The notes under the pieces: model-generated
Told to the model about the DNA's origin: nothing
Databases searched by the model: none
Seen by the model: the letters and a program-made list of their open reading frames with translations, nothing else
Assembly (NCBI GenBank): GCA_023920165.1
Contig: CP089277.1
Location: 2,976,001 to 3,040,000, forward strand
Source of the DNA: Curvularia clavata
Lineage: Eukaryota
Length of the DNA stretch: 64,000 nt
Direction of reading: 5' to 3'
Position numbers and translations under genes: made by a program
In this document: in pieces, positions 1-11,801 of the stretch
Numbering within the stretch: position 1 is the first letter of the stretch
Layout: every line of letters begins with the position of its first letter

Positions 1-1758
1 AACGTCGGAGCGCTCTGCGAAGCGCTGAAATTTGCCTTCCTCCAGTTTTATCTCTGCCAACAACTGCTCCTGAATCTGTGCAGCCTGAGCGACGGCATTC
101 TCATGTTGCCGAACCTCTTCCTCGAAGAGAACGACGGAAGCTAGTGAAGTGGCAAGCAAGCGCACCATGACCTGGAGGTATTTCTGGTAATCCTCATCAA
201 AGGGCCTACGGGGATTGAGGCCAATTATTAGAAAGCCTTCGACCTGATTTCCGGTGGTTGGAATGATCGGACACACGACAATCGTATGACAGGGGTCTCC
301 ATAGCCTCTCCATTTGATCCCTTTCAAAGTAGCCTCGGAAGCTGGGAGTTGATCCAGATATACGACAGTAGCTTTTCTAGATTTTGCAGCGCGACGCAAG
401 AATGGATGAAGCAGATAAGAGTCTTCATTGATATTGATGGTAGCGGGAGCAATGGGGTGATTAGCCTCCACACCGATGGCGCCCTTGAGCACACATCCAT
501 CGAGTGGTAGAGTGCTTCCCGGTGAACACGTGGATGTCATTTCGGCGCTTACATGTCGCTCAGCAGCATACAAGAGAGCGAGCGGCACATCTTTGTCGAT
601 CAAACTTAGAGAGCTCAAGGTTGTGTTCCAGAAAGACGGAAAGTCTCGAGCATTGGCACTCTGGGTACCCAAGGCTACGAGACTAGAAACGCGGCGTTCG
701 AGGAGACGGTGTCCAGTGACTTCGAAGAAGGTTTGGTAGTAGGCCTTTACGTTGCAATGACTATCCAATATTGGCACAAACTGGAAGGACCAATGCGTCT
801 CTTCGAGATATCCGTCTCTGTCAATGAAAAGCAGTATATCTGACTCGTCCAAGGACTCGCCCGTATCTTTGATGTGATGGACCATGGTTTGAAACGCGGG
901 CCAACGCTCTGGTATGTGAGTGCGAAGGCTCTTACCCATACAGGGGTGAAGATGGCCGAGTAGTTGAACGTATGCCTCATTGTATAGCATGATAGCATCC
1001 TCTCCCCAGAACAAGATAGTTGGGGCGCTGTTACCAAGAACCATGTTGGCCATGCATCTCAAGTCAGGTGACCAGGACTCAATCGGCCCCAGCGATGTGT
1101 TGGCCCAGTCTGCGGCATGGAAATAATCGATGTAAAAGCCAGGTACCAGGTCCAGTGGGAGGGCAGCTGAGGTATAATCAAAGGATCCCCGCATATGAGG
1201 CTTGTAAGGAGCAGAAGAGTATGCGCTATTCTCTGGAGTTTCAGGTAGGTTTGCTGGCAACGCAGGTGGAGTAGTAGGCGGCGATGCGTCTCTGGGATAC
1301 TTGGTTTGTGCTACCTTTCCCTCACGACTCATCTTCCGAGCAGCCTGGCTTGATGGTCCTGTGTTCAGCCACATCAGAAACGTAGGTACTCCACTGACAA
1401 TCCGGTAATTCCCGATGGTGAGAGCGCTCCACAGATGGCCTTCGAAGGTGTAGACATGGCCCGGCCATTGCATGCCGCATTCTTGTGGTGCGCCACAGAC
1501 CCAATTCCTGAAGGCAAGCTGGGCCGTGGTGCTTTCCTCCAATGTACTTGTGTCATGGTACCCCGTTATCCTCGCAAGCAGTCCATCAGCGGCATCGAGG
1601 GCCGCGTTGGAGTAGGCCAGGTCGAGCGTATCATGGGCGGAGCGAGAGGGTAATCTGAGGGCGAAAGAAGGACGGTGGTCGACATCCAGAGCTTCGAGGA
1701 GGGTGAGAGCGGCCAGGTCCGTCGGTATGGGCTGCTCGAGCTGCCCCTCATAGTCCAT
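1..1758 (-). CDS. Hybrid two-component histidine kinase, N-terminal part (PAS/GAF-like sensor region); runs off the left edge
   Basis: Manual minus-strand translation gives MDYEGQLEQP...LDVDHRPSFAL, DWANTSLGPIESWSPDLRCMANMVL, ILFWGEDAIMLYNEAY, DRDGYLEETHWSFQFVPI, GFLIIGLNPRRPFDEDY and FQRFAERSDV, typical of fungal hybrid HK N-termini. Kinase and receiver domains lie outside the window. Start codon and introns are approximate. Confidence 0.8.
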   Translation of the reverse strand, partial: MDYEGQLEQPIPTDLAALTLLEALDVDHRPSFALRLPSRSAHDTLDLAYSNAALDAADGLLARITGYHDTSTLEESTTAQLAFRNWVCGAPQECGMQWPGHVYTFEGHLWSALTIGNYRIVSGVPTFLMWLNTGPSSQAARKMSREGKVAQTKYPRDASPPTTPPALPANLPETPENSAYSSAPYKPHMRGSFDYTSAALPLDLVPGFYIDYFHAADWANTSLGPIESWSPDLRCMANMVLGNSAPTILFWGEDAIMLYNEAYVQLLGHLHPCMGKSLRTHIPERWPAFQTMVHHIKDTGESLDESDILLFIDRDGYLEETHWSFQFVPILDSHCNVKAYYQTFFEVTGHRLLERRVSSLVALGTQSANARDFPSFWNTTLSSLSLIDKDVPLALLYAAERHVSAEMTSTCSPGSTLPLDGCVLKGAIGVEANHPIAPATININEDSYLLHPFLRRAAKSRKATVVYLDQLPASEATLKGIKWRGYGDPCHTIVVCPIIPTTGNQVEGFLIIGLNPRRPFDEDYQKYLQVMVRLLATSLASVVLFEEEVRQHENAVAQAAQIQEQLLAEIKLEEGKFQRFAERSDV

Positions 1759-2612
1759 TGTATTTGGCACCCCCTCACTCTCTCTTAGCATTCGGCTGTC
1801 TTATCACATGGGCGCTGGATGGAGGAAGTGGTGCGCGTGCTCGATGTCCGTCTCAAGAAGCGCATCGCGCTCAGTCGCTGCGGGCGCCCAGAAGACTAAC
1901 GCGTCAGTAGGCCTGGCCAACTCATCCACTGTCGCCAATCTCCATGGTACAGTAGCGTCCCGGCCCACTAGCTCTGCCCGATCTTCTCCACTTCATCGTC
2001 GCCCATTGCCAACTTTTGCTGTACGACATGGTTGTGATCACTAAGATAGCGGTGAGTTAGCCGCGGCGTCATCATCAGGCTGGTTGCTGTCGCGTTACCG
2101 TCATGCTTTGCCTGCGAGTGGGTGTTGAAGGGTGCTCCCAGCTGTGTACGGTAGGTACCTACGTAAGGTTTGGGGCCCTGTGCCGATCAGACTCACCAGC
2201 ACGGATCTGCACAAGGATCCCAAGCATAAAAAGAAACCTCGACACCATCCAGATCGGCCACCGTAACTACACACACTCTGTGTCGTTGCTGGGCAGGTGC
2301 AGAACCATGTCCCCCACTCATCACGTGCAAACTTACTTCCTAAGGGATGCAACGGACTCAACAGCCTAGATACAATCCGAACGTTAACAATGTCATCCCA
2401 AACAAAGATCAGTACGAGGTTGCCGTATAGTCGATGCCTGACGTATGAATTTCTCCACAATTTCTGTATTCACTCTAAGCTAGTATCAAGCCTACGCCGC
2501 ATCATAACACGAAGAGTGCAGGTTCATTGCACAATAGCTAAAAGTAAGGTGTAAGACATTATCATGTTCGGAAATCATAAAAACCAGGCACTCCCAGCCT
2601 CCCTATCATCAT

Positions 2613-4024
2613 CTAGCTCGCATGATTGCACATGGGCTCAACCGGCGCCTTATCTCCACCAAAGTACACCTTGCCATATACATTATTCCCCGTCCACTTA
2701 TCCGACGGCACCTTTGGCGGATTGACTGGCCCTCCTTCTCGCTGCGACTGCGGGAACAACATGTTGGGCGAGATAACGCTATCCGGGCATCCCAACGCAG
2801 TTTTGCTCAGCACAGGATCTAAAACCGAAAGCGCCCAAGAAACCGCCTTCGAGACATTTTCCTCAGTACCACCAAGCACAAGCGGAGTAACAGAATTAAG
2901 GCCCTGGTATACATCGCATAGAAGCGTCTGTATGCTGAGATTGGGTGTGCCGACCTGCGCAGCACCAGGAACGATGATGTTGCGCGGGTAGATGGCAAGG
3001 AAGCCGTCAGTGATAGCCTGTACCGCACCATACGGCGTATCGCGACGGTACCAGTTTTCTGGCCAGCGCTCAGGAACGTACTTGAATTCCTTGGTGCGCT
3101 CGTCGTACTCGGCGCCAATGATGCTCATGATGCTCTTGTAGTTGGCGACGCCGCCGGCGCCGTAAGTGCCGTTGGAGAAGAACTGGGGGTAAAAAGCAAA
3201 GGCACCAAGAGAGACGATTTGAGGGAAGGGGAAGTAGTAGAGGAAGGGGTTGTTGTTCTTGCTGAAGCCGGCAGATGCTCCGTAGTGCTCAGCCATGACG
3301 TTCATGCTGAACTCTTTCTTGGGGTCGTTGGCGGCGAATCCGACCATTTGCTTTACCAGGCGAGACGAGAGGTGGTGGTTATCACTGCAGCCGTTGTAAT
3401 AGTCTGACAAAATACGTTAGTCAGGTGTGCTTCTTCTGATTCACAACACTGCGACATACCTTCGCGGTTGGGGGACACATCCGCCTCAACAATAGAGTGA
3501 CGGTTCAGACCACCGATACCGTTCTTCCCCGAGCCAAGGTAGAACGACAATCCATCGAGGTCTCCACTCCCCAAGACAGCAAACGTGGCAAGGACCGTAG
3601 CAAGATCAGTTTCCATGTTAAACCCCCTCGATGTAGCCTCCAAAATCTGTCCGAAGTTGACGTATCCATTGCGTGGCAGATATCCGTAGTTGGCGAGTAA
3701 ATTGAGACCAGGACAAGGGCCACGAGAGTCGTTTGGTCCAGGAGCCTTGAACTCGTACCCAGGCTCGGGACGCTTGTTGTCCTTCTTGACGATGGCCTGG
3801 CCGACTGAAGTCAAGAGGCCGTCAACCAGATCACCTAGCGAGCCGAGAAGGTTGCCAATGGGTTTGAGGAGTTGGGGCTCTGCGGCTCGTTTGGCAAGTT
3901 GCTCGCGCTCAATCTCCACTCGGAGATGCTGCTCCATCTCTGCTCGAGAGTTGGCACCAAGCATTCCCGGGTAGGCGGCTGCTATGGCTGGCAGAGCCAG
4001 TACAACAGTACGTGTGAACCTCAT
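2613..4024 (-). CDS. Secreted heme-thiolate peroxidase / unspecific peroxygenase (chloroperoxidase family, long type)
   Basis: Signal peptide MRFTRTVVLALPAIAAA; RGPCPGLNLLANYGYLPRNG heme-Cys motif; HSIVEADVSPNRED motif; one GT-AG intron at about 3404-3459 joins the two ORFs. Confidence 0.9.
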
Positions 4025-7000
4025 GATATACGCACTAAACAAAGACGTACTAGACAGCGAGAAAGAGGAAGAAGCAGCTGGTGGTTTGAAAGATTGGGTC
4101 TGTGAATACAATGAATTGCCTTTATACACACTCTCCCTCTTCTCCTGAACCAGCAGCTACAGCATGTCCTGGGCCTACTCATCTATGACATAGTGATAAA
4201 TACCTACGTCTTCTTGCTATACACGTCAAGAATGATCTTCGCCAGTAGTCGCCGAAGACGATAGCCGTGATCCACCATGCCTGCCAGGCTGCGGGGAAAA
4301 GAATCGATCCAATCACACCTTGCGTAATCACACCAGTTACTTTCCAGTTTGGATGTTTCGAGTGCAGAAAAGTGACTACCGGACCCCATAATATGTCCAA
4401 GATTCGATATAACCGGGGCACTTGGCCTGATAGCGCATCTCTTAGTACAACGTTAGACTCAACAGAATGGACAGAAGCGGAGGTTTCTTGTCTCGGCGAT
4501 CTCGATGGTAAAGGGGAATAGGGCTAACTGGGGTGGTGAAGTGCATGTATTTCCTATGTATAGTTGAAGAGCATCGTGTTCTGTGAAGCAAAACCGTGAT
4601 GTTCTTGACTCCGCGGAAAGTCTCATGCGCCTGAGTCAGGTTGGGTGTATCTGCCGGTTGCGGCTCGTCAATCCGGATGCCTCCTGGCAACGACGGCAGA
4701 GCCACTTAATGAAAACATGTGTGTGTTCTTCAAGAATGACTGTAGAGAAGGCTTCATGATGATGTACACGAGTTCAATGGCAAGAACTTTGCTCCCACGA
4801 TAGCCCTTATGCCATCCCTGCCCTTGGCCTCCGCGCATGAATCTGCCCACCGCAGATCAGCCTCCAGGAACAAAGTCCCAGCGTCAGCACTGGCCAACGG
4901 GTGATTGACCTCAGTAAAGATCCGTTCCTTGCATCAAAGGCTAGCTAATTCGAGCAGCCGTGCATCTCCAGCACGCTCAATCGAGCTCAAACCTCACCGG
5001 TGACAACGACCTTTTCCCCAAAACACACCTCGCCGCCAGGCCACCAACACGCCCAGTCGCCTCGTCTTAAGCACAGCAACGAAACCAGCACGATCACGCA
5101 CCTTCGCGCCTCCCGAGCCAGCCACCCCCATTCTGCCAAAGCGCAATGATACAAATAGCGCCGCCCCACCGACGTCAGCACACTGCATGCGCAAATATCG
5201 AAATTGGGCTCGACAATTCACAGTAAAGATGGGATTACCGAGTGCTTGGAAACCATTTCCCCGTTGCGTATTACTTTCTTCACTACTAGCCAGGTAGTTC
5301 CTGGTCGCGTAGGTGGGTATACACGTCGATCTGGGCGCCCCAGCCGCATGGAAAGATCTGCACTTGGCTGGAGCGTCGCCGAACAGAAACTGTGTGGTCT
5401 GAGGAAATACCCTCGTATTGTGATGGATTGCCTAAAGCGGTAAATTTTGCTTGTTGCGGCTGAGGCGAGAGAAGGGGTCACTGTGCACAACGTCATATGG
5501 GGCCGCGGAAGGGCTGAGGCTGGTGGGCGATCAGGTCGGTTAGCGTAAAGTTTAAACCGAATGCGAGGGGAGGTGGCCGTGTCGGGCTGGGCGGCATTGT
5601 GTGCGGTATGAGGCAGGCGGTGCGTAGGCTGGAAGTAGGTATTGAGGGCGTAGTACGACGACGGTGGGGGGGGTTTTTTTTGTTTTACATAGTGCGCGTC
5701 CACATTGAAAATCGTTCCATGAATAGGTGCAGAGGAGCGCGCTCACTGTGATGGCTTTGGAGTCAGGGAAACGTTGACGACTGGGGAAGACTTGGAGTGT
5801 TGCTTTTTCAGATCTCGACGTCGTTCATTGTAACGGTCGGAGATTTGCTTGCGACTGAGCTGAGATTGGCCGTTGTGCCAGAATGACGATGGGATCGACG
5901 TCGCAACTAGGAGATTGTGAGTTTGTTCCATACGTACAGCAATAGCAGGGTATCTTTGAATCCCATATTAGGCTCTGGTTTACCACCGGCCATGATTGGA
6001 GTTGATCGGAGATATGTATTTCTGGAACGAACAGGCACTTATGTTTGTCCTCTGTTACATCCTGTCGCTAGCTCGCTATCAGGGCTTAGGATGATGACAT
6101 CTGGAATATTGGTTTCTATCATAAGGTCGACCATATGATCATCAGGAACGGGAGAACGATGCGCGGACGTTGGAAAGAGAGAAGCAATTATGGAGTTTTG
6201 TAACTATATGATATTAATGAAATGCTTATGCCATCAATAACGAGGAATCAAGTGAAGCTCGAATACGACATTGATATGATCTGATATCCTGGGGTAGAAG
6301 GCCTCTGGAACTCATGATCGTATTACTTCAAGGCAATTTGCGTAGCACGGGTACAATATATTGTCCATATTTCTTGATCAATGTTCAAACGAATAGCGGG
6401 TTCAATGAGTCTCTTGATCCCCTGGTGAGCGTGATAATACACAAATCAACTGGGCTTACATGCAAATGCCTGTACTCGTCCCCCAGAAGATATTTCGGCA
6501 GATTGAAAAAAAATCAGGATCAACGTGCCAGGCGATATGGCAAACTGGACTCGTCTTGTTGGGCTTGGAGTAAAACATTGCGCCTGATCTCACAGAGAAG
6601 TGGAGTCAATCATTACCCGACTCATCATGAAACCAACAGCACAAGCACGACGACATGCTCTACAACAAAGATGACTGTAATTGTGGCACAGCAGTGTGGC
6701 ATGGCGGAGCTCGTACGTGTCATGGAGTGGTGCCTTGGTATGAGTTTAGTAATACTGTAGTCGATTGCTCAGCACCGCGGCTGGGGCGTAAGTGTTCGCA
6801 TGAGGCACAGCAACATGGCTTGGAGGGCAACGCCCCACCGTGCGGATAGTCCCGCGATGACAATTCTACGCCGCTATTACAGTAAATACGTCATGACGGA
6901 GTGCTGCGGATAGCATGATACTGTACTCGAATGAGTTCTCGTGATTGCTGTGCTTTGCCACGCTGAGGCAAACATACGCTCTCTATGCCGCATGGGTGCA

Positions 7001-10000
7001 TTCAACCACCAGCGCCCTCAAGCAGCGACTGGCTCTTCTGAGGTCATGTGCAGATACTGGAGCAGAATTTCGTCATGATTTATTCTGGATGAAACGTTGT
7101 CATATGTTGGTAGGTGGCACACAAAGGCTGGAACAAAAGACCTCACGCGAGTGGCATTAGTTTTTGCCACGCAGCCGTTTCTGCAGCTCCTATACCTGCA
7201 GAACAGGATGTCTCAGAATGTCTCAGAATGTCTTACTGTTATTGCTTCTTGTCTCGAGTCATGCCGGGCAGGTGGTGTAGAAGTACGCCACTTCTCAACG
7301 ACCGTCGCTGCAGCCGTTGAGTTGTTGGCAGAAGTCCGAAATGTCTTACTTTGCGACAATGAGCGAATTGTGTATGCTTGATACGAGCCTAAGCGCCAGA
7401 CTACTACGAGACGGTCCCCGAGAAGGCCACACAGAACAAGAAGCCGAAGCAGTTGGCTTGCTTGGGTTCTTGCGGCAGTTGGCAAGACTAGGCAACTAGT
7501 GAATTTGCACACTGGAATAAAAAATTATGTCCTGCAGTAGTTTGGCGGCTATGGGACGAGTCAAAGCACTGCAGAGACGTTTGAGGGCGTAAGCCAGCTT
7601 GTGTTGTGCGTTAGTGATGTGTGTTAATGAGCTGAGACTGACGGGCGTGAAGGAGCACGGTGCCAATGCCAAGGGTTGGGAATAGAAACAGTTGACGGGG
7701 TAACGAATCAGGGTAGAGAAGGCGAATATTGGAGAAAAGAAAAAGATCAAGGCGCTGAGATTAGTCGGAAGCGGCGTGGCTTGCTCAGCGGCGCTTACAA
7801 GAGAGCACAAGTCGGCGTTAGGATATAGGCGAGCAATTACTCAGATGACATTACTCATGGGCAGAGTGGATGACCAAACCAGACGTCACAGCAAGGCTGC
7901 TCCAGTGGGGTAAGAGACCAACAGCAATGTATTCTGGGCGAGGCTGAGAGTGTGACGGGCGACAGCAGAGCCAAGGCAGCGGACCTTGTTCGGGCAGCGA
8001 AGGTAGATTGCAGGGTGTGCAATGCCGTCATGAGGAGGACAGGACTTGGTTAGATGCTGTGATAAAGACGTGGGTGTGATGACAGTTTTGGCGAGGCAGA
8101 TTTGGTGGTGATGGAGGACTGGGGTGAGGTGCAGGTCTAAGAATAGAACGGGAGGACCTTATGGCGCTAGTCCTGTCTGGGCGCCACTAGGCTGTGGCTG
8201 CGGGTGTGCAGATGAGATAGATGAGATGGAATCAAGATAGCTACAGCGACATGATGGCGGTGAGGCTGTGGATAGTGGAGGGTGTGCGGGCGGGGGAGTC
8301 CAAGTCCAAGACCAAGTCCCAGGCAGACTGCCTCCTGCTGGAGAGCTTGCACGTCGGAATATTGGCCGATGCACACAAAGTGCAAGGTATCTGTTGTAAG
8401 CGACGTGGTGCAATGGGTGGACATGGCCATGGGTGATGGGCATGCTTGTAGTATGCTTGCGTGTTATGTTATGCACGTGCCCCGCTGCGAGGGTTGAAAT
8501 TGATCCAATCTGTACAATCACGTGCGCTATTATGCGAGATTGTGCTCCCATTCCATCCCATGCCCAATCCTCCTCCTGCTACTGCTTCCCAGCGACCTGT
8601 CTGCGGGAACGCCGACTCCGAACATACCCCTCCCCAAGCAGAGGGAAGCACTATATATCGCTTCACGTCATGTCGGCACACGCGATGGTCTGCGGCTTCG
8701 GCTTCCCCATACTGACACTGCGGCACGCCATTCACCATGATGCCGTTTTGCGTGCCGCGCGCACGCACGCACACCCCCTCATCCACGCATATGGAGTTGC
8801 TGGAGGCGGAAATAACATGCTCTGCCAATCTCTCCGTCAGTGTCGATGCCCGGGGTCACTTCGGCTTGCAGACGAGTCTGGCCAGGGCAGACACCTGAAT
8901 CGTATCATGTGCGGGACGGCAACACCCATACCTACCTCGCTCTCTGTCTCTCTTTCTCTCTTGTTCTCCATCTCCGTGACTCGGCGGCCATGGCTTGCCG
9001 CGCCCGGTTCTCTCCATGTCCCGCGCTTGGAGCTTCGCTGGGCTAACAAACGGCAATCGTTTCCGCACTGTCGCAAGCGTGAACCCATGGATTGGTCAAG
9101 TCTCAGCGCACGGCTGTCTCTCGGTTAGGGTACACGCTCTACACTGTCTGGCCTCAGGCTATCACATCTTTACGGCCTCGAAATTCCTTACCTGCCATGT
9201 CTAGAACTCCGCCAGCTAATCCCTCAAGTGGAGTCATTTTGCAGGGGAGGCGTTATCCATCTCAGATGCATGCGTCAACCGAATGCTACCCAAGAGACGG
9301 GTCCCGTCCAGCTTTGCACCCACACGTGCAGCCACCTGCCTGTCTGTGGCTTTCTTGTGTACACCAACGGAGCACACCAAGGCTGTATGCCCGTCTCATC
9401 TGTGCAGGGAGTCAATTCCGCTTCTCCATCCTTCAAAGCCATGTTACCCTTTGGGAACCCAATGGACCGCTCTCCGCTATGCCGGCACATGAAGTGTTTG
9501 CCAGGTGGGCGGTGACGCCCTCAAGACGTTCTGCTTCGTCCGCTTAAGCGATCCTCTCCGCCAGCCTCGCGCGCCATGAGTTTTTCCTCCAAGGATTCTT
9601 GTCGTCGACGACTACGCTTGCGCCAAAACAGCAAATGCCATGGCTTCCGCTATGCCCTAACCGTCCGGCGGGTTTGTCCTTTCGCAACGCGAGAGCCGCC
9701 GCCGCTGGCCCGTCGCACTGTTTTAGGGTGCAGCCAAGTCGCCTTCGTGGCATGGTCCAGCAGACTGTAATGCCACTTGGATGCTGAATTACGCGCCGGC
9801 CTTCCAGCTAACAGCTCCTGGTCACTCAACCTCATCCACGGGTCACGGCTCGCTTGACCTTGTCCCAAGCTTGCAGCTTGCTTACGGGGATCATCGCAAT
9901 CACCCATCGTCTCGGTTACGAAGGAGCTCAGCCCATCATGAAACAGACAACGGCCCTGGCCCGACAGTCAGGCTCGCGAGTGCCCGAATATTGCAACAAG

Positions 10001-11801
10001 ATGCGAAGTTCCCATGTGCAACCAAAAACCCATGTCCATATCGAGCTTCCACGCACGCGCAGCGCATTCCCGATGTGCCCCAATGCAGGAGCTTGAGCCA
10101 TCCAAACCGGTGAAGCCTGTGACGTGCGTCCTGCAGTTCGTCCTGCTATGCCGAGCAAATATGTGCGTCGACCCTCATCAAATCCTATGCCCAGTTCATG
10201 GCTCGCCAAACCAGTGACGATCGGGGCAAAAGTGGATGACCATCTGTTCTCATTTGCCCTGACCCGCCCCGCCCTGAAAGGCTGACAAGCCTGGGAACAC
10301 AACGACCAAGCTTTGCACGAGCCTACACACTAAGTGTGTCAGGCCTCCCGCCTTGGGCGCCCTACCTGTGTGGAGATTGGGCCAGGGCCAGGGACTGCGG
10401 TACTCACTTTTGAAGCCGCTCCATGTGTGTGGGTGTGAGGGTGTATGTGCGTGGACGGACTGCTTACCGTGCTTATGCTCTGGCTATTTGCACATGGACG
10501 AATAGACGCTTCGAGCGCGCTCAACTCAACAGCACACGCCTCAGGGAGTATGTGTTGCAGATTTGACCCAAACTCCTGTCATGGCCTGCTATTCGGCCAT
10601 GCGCTGCTCGCGCGGCGCTCGCAATGAGAGACATGCCCGTGGTCCTGCCGGGTGTGAACGTATGTACTGGTTGTGTATGTATGGCGATGCATGATTACAT
10701 GGGTGGTAGGGGGGTCCCCTGGCAGCAAGGCTACACGTGAGGCTACACCACCCTACTTACACATATGCCGCTCACGCACCTGACGGTCCCCACCTCCGCC
10801 AATGACTATCCATCGCAGCGCGAAACTCTCGGGCATATCTGGACCTCTGCAGGGGCGATAATCGCAATTCCGCGACGAATCCTGCGCCTGCGCTCGCAAG
10901 CCATGATCCAACATCGTTTCATGGCCTTTTTTTTTCAAGGGCCCGTTGACTTCTTTGCGAGGATAGTGTTGTGTACTCTCTTTTGCCTCTGTAATGTATG
11001 TAAGCAGGAGCGGAATGGTGTACCGTTGCGGGAGGGAGGGCTGAGCACTCGTCATGCTCCACGCGAGTCTCTATTTTGGGGTCCTCGATGGCTGTCAAGC
11101 CACGCTCCTCTGAGGAACCGACGCAAAGACCGAGGCGGGAACGGTCCGTAGCCTGGCCACTCACTACCCCAGTCATGTCCCAATTATGGCGCGCGGACGC
11201 CTCTTCGCCCAATGTCTACGACGGAACCGTTCGATGGCAAGCCCGCAGCCATGCCCGCGGGCTCAAGCGCGTGGTTTAGCTATGGACATGGCCAATGCAC
11301 TGCCTATGGCGGGTCCCCTGGTAAGCCCCATGCCTACCTGTTGTGCATGCGGGCTTGCAGCGTCTATCTCTCTTTTGCTTTCGGCAGCCCCTGCCTCGAG
11401 TAGGCTCCTTGTTCGGGGTTGGCTCAGGCACAGCCCGCAGATATTTACAGTCTTCTCCATACACCTACCCAGGCGCAGCCTTTCCTCACCACAATTGTCC
11501 CAAATACCTTGATTTGGAACGGCAATCTATCCCATTCTGGACCTGTACATACCACGTTAAATTAGCACCCCTGGCAAGTGTTTCTTAATTCATCCCTCAC
11601 ATTCCCGGTTGCCTGTCATAGTCCTGGGGAACTTGGCCAGCACGTCCAAGACATGACCACTAGCCCATAGCCATCTCCTGCACAACCAGATCTGGGTCTT
11701 TTTGGTTTCCTTTGCCTACACCCCCACTTGAGGCTCCGATATCTGCTAGCCCCGTCACCTCCACTTTGGATATATACCACCCGTCGCCACCTTCGTCAAA
11801 C

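Noticed and set aside
7208..8320. Short tandem repeats (tgtctcagaa x2.5 near 7210; ccaagt-like hexamers near 8300)
   Set aside because: Ordinary micro-repeats; no spacers, so not CRISPR-like, and no functional indication.
8433..10302. Several overlapping 100-230 aa ORFs in the long gap
   Set aside because: Low-information Arg/Ser/Pro/Cys-rich translations on both strands with no domains; typical of GC-balanced non-coding DNA.
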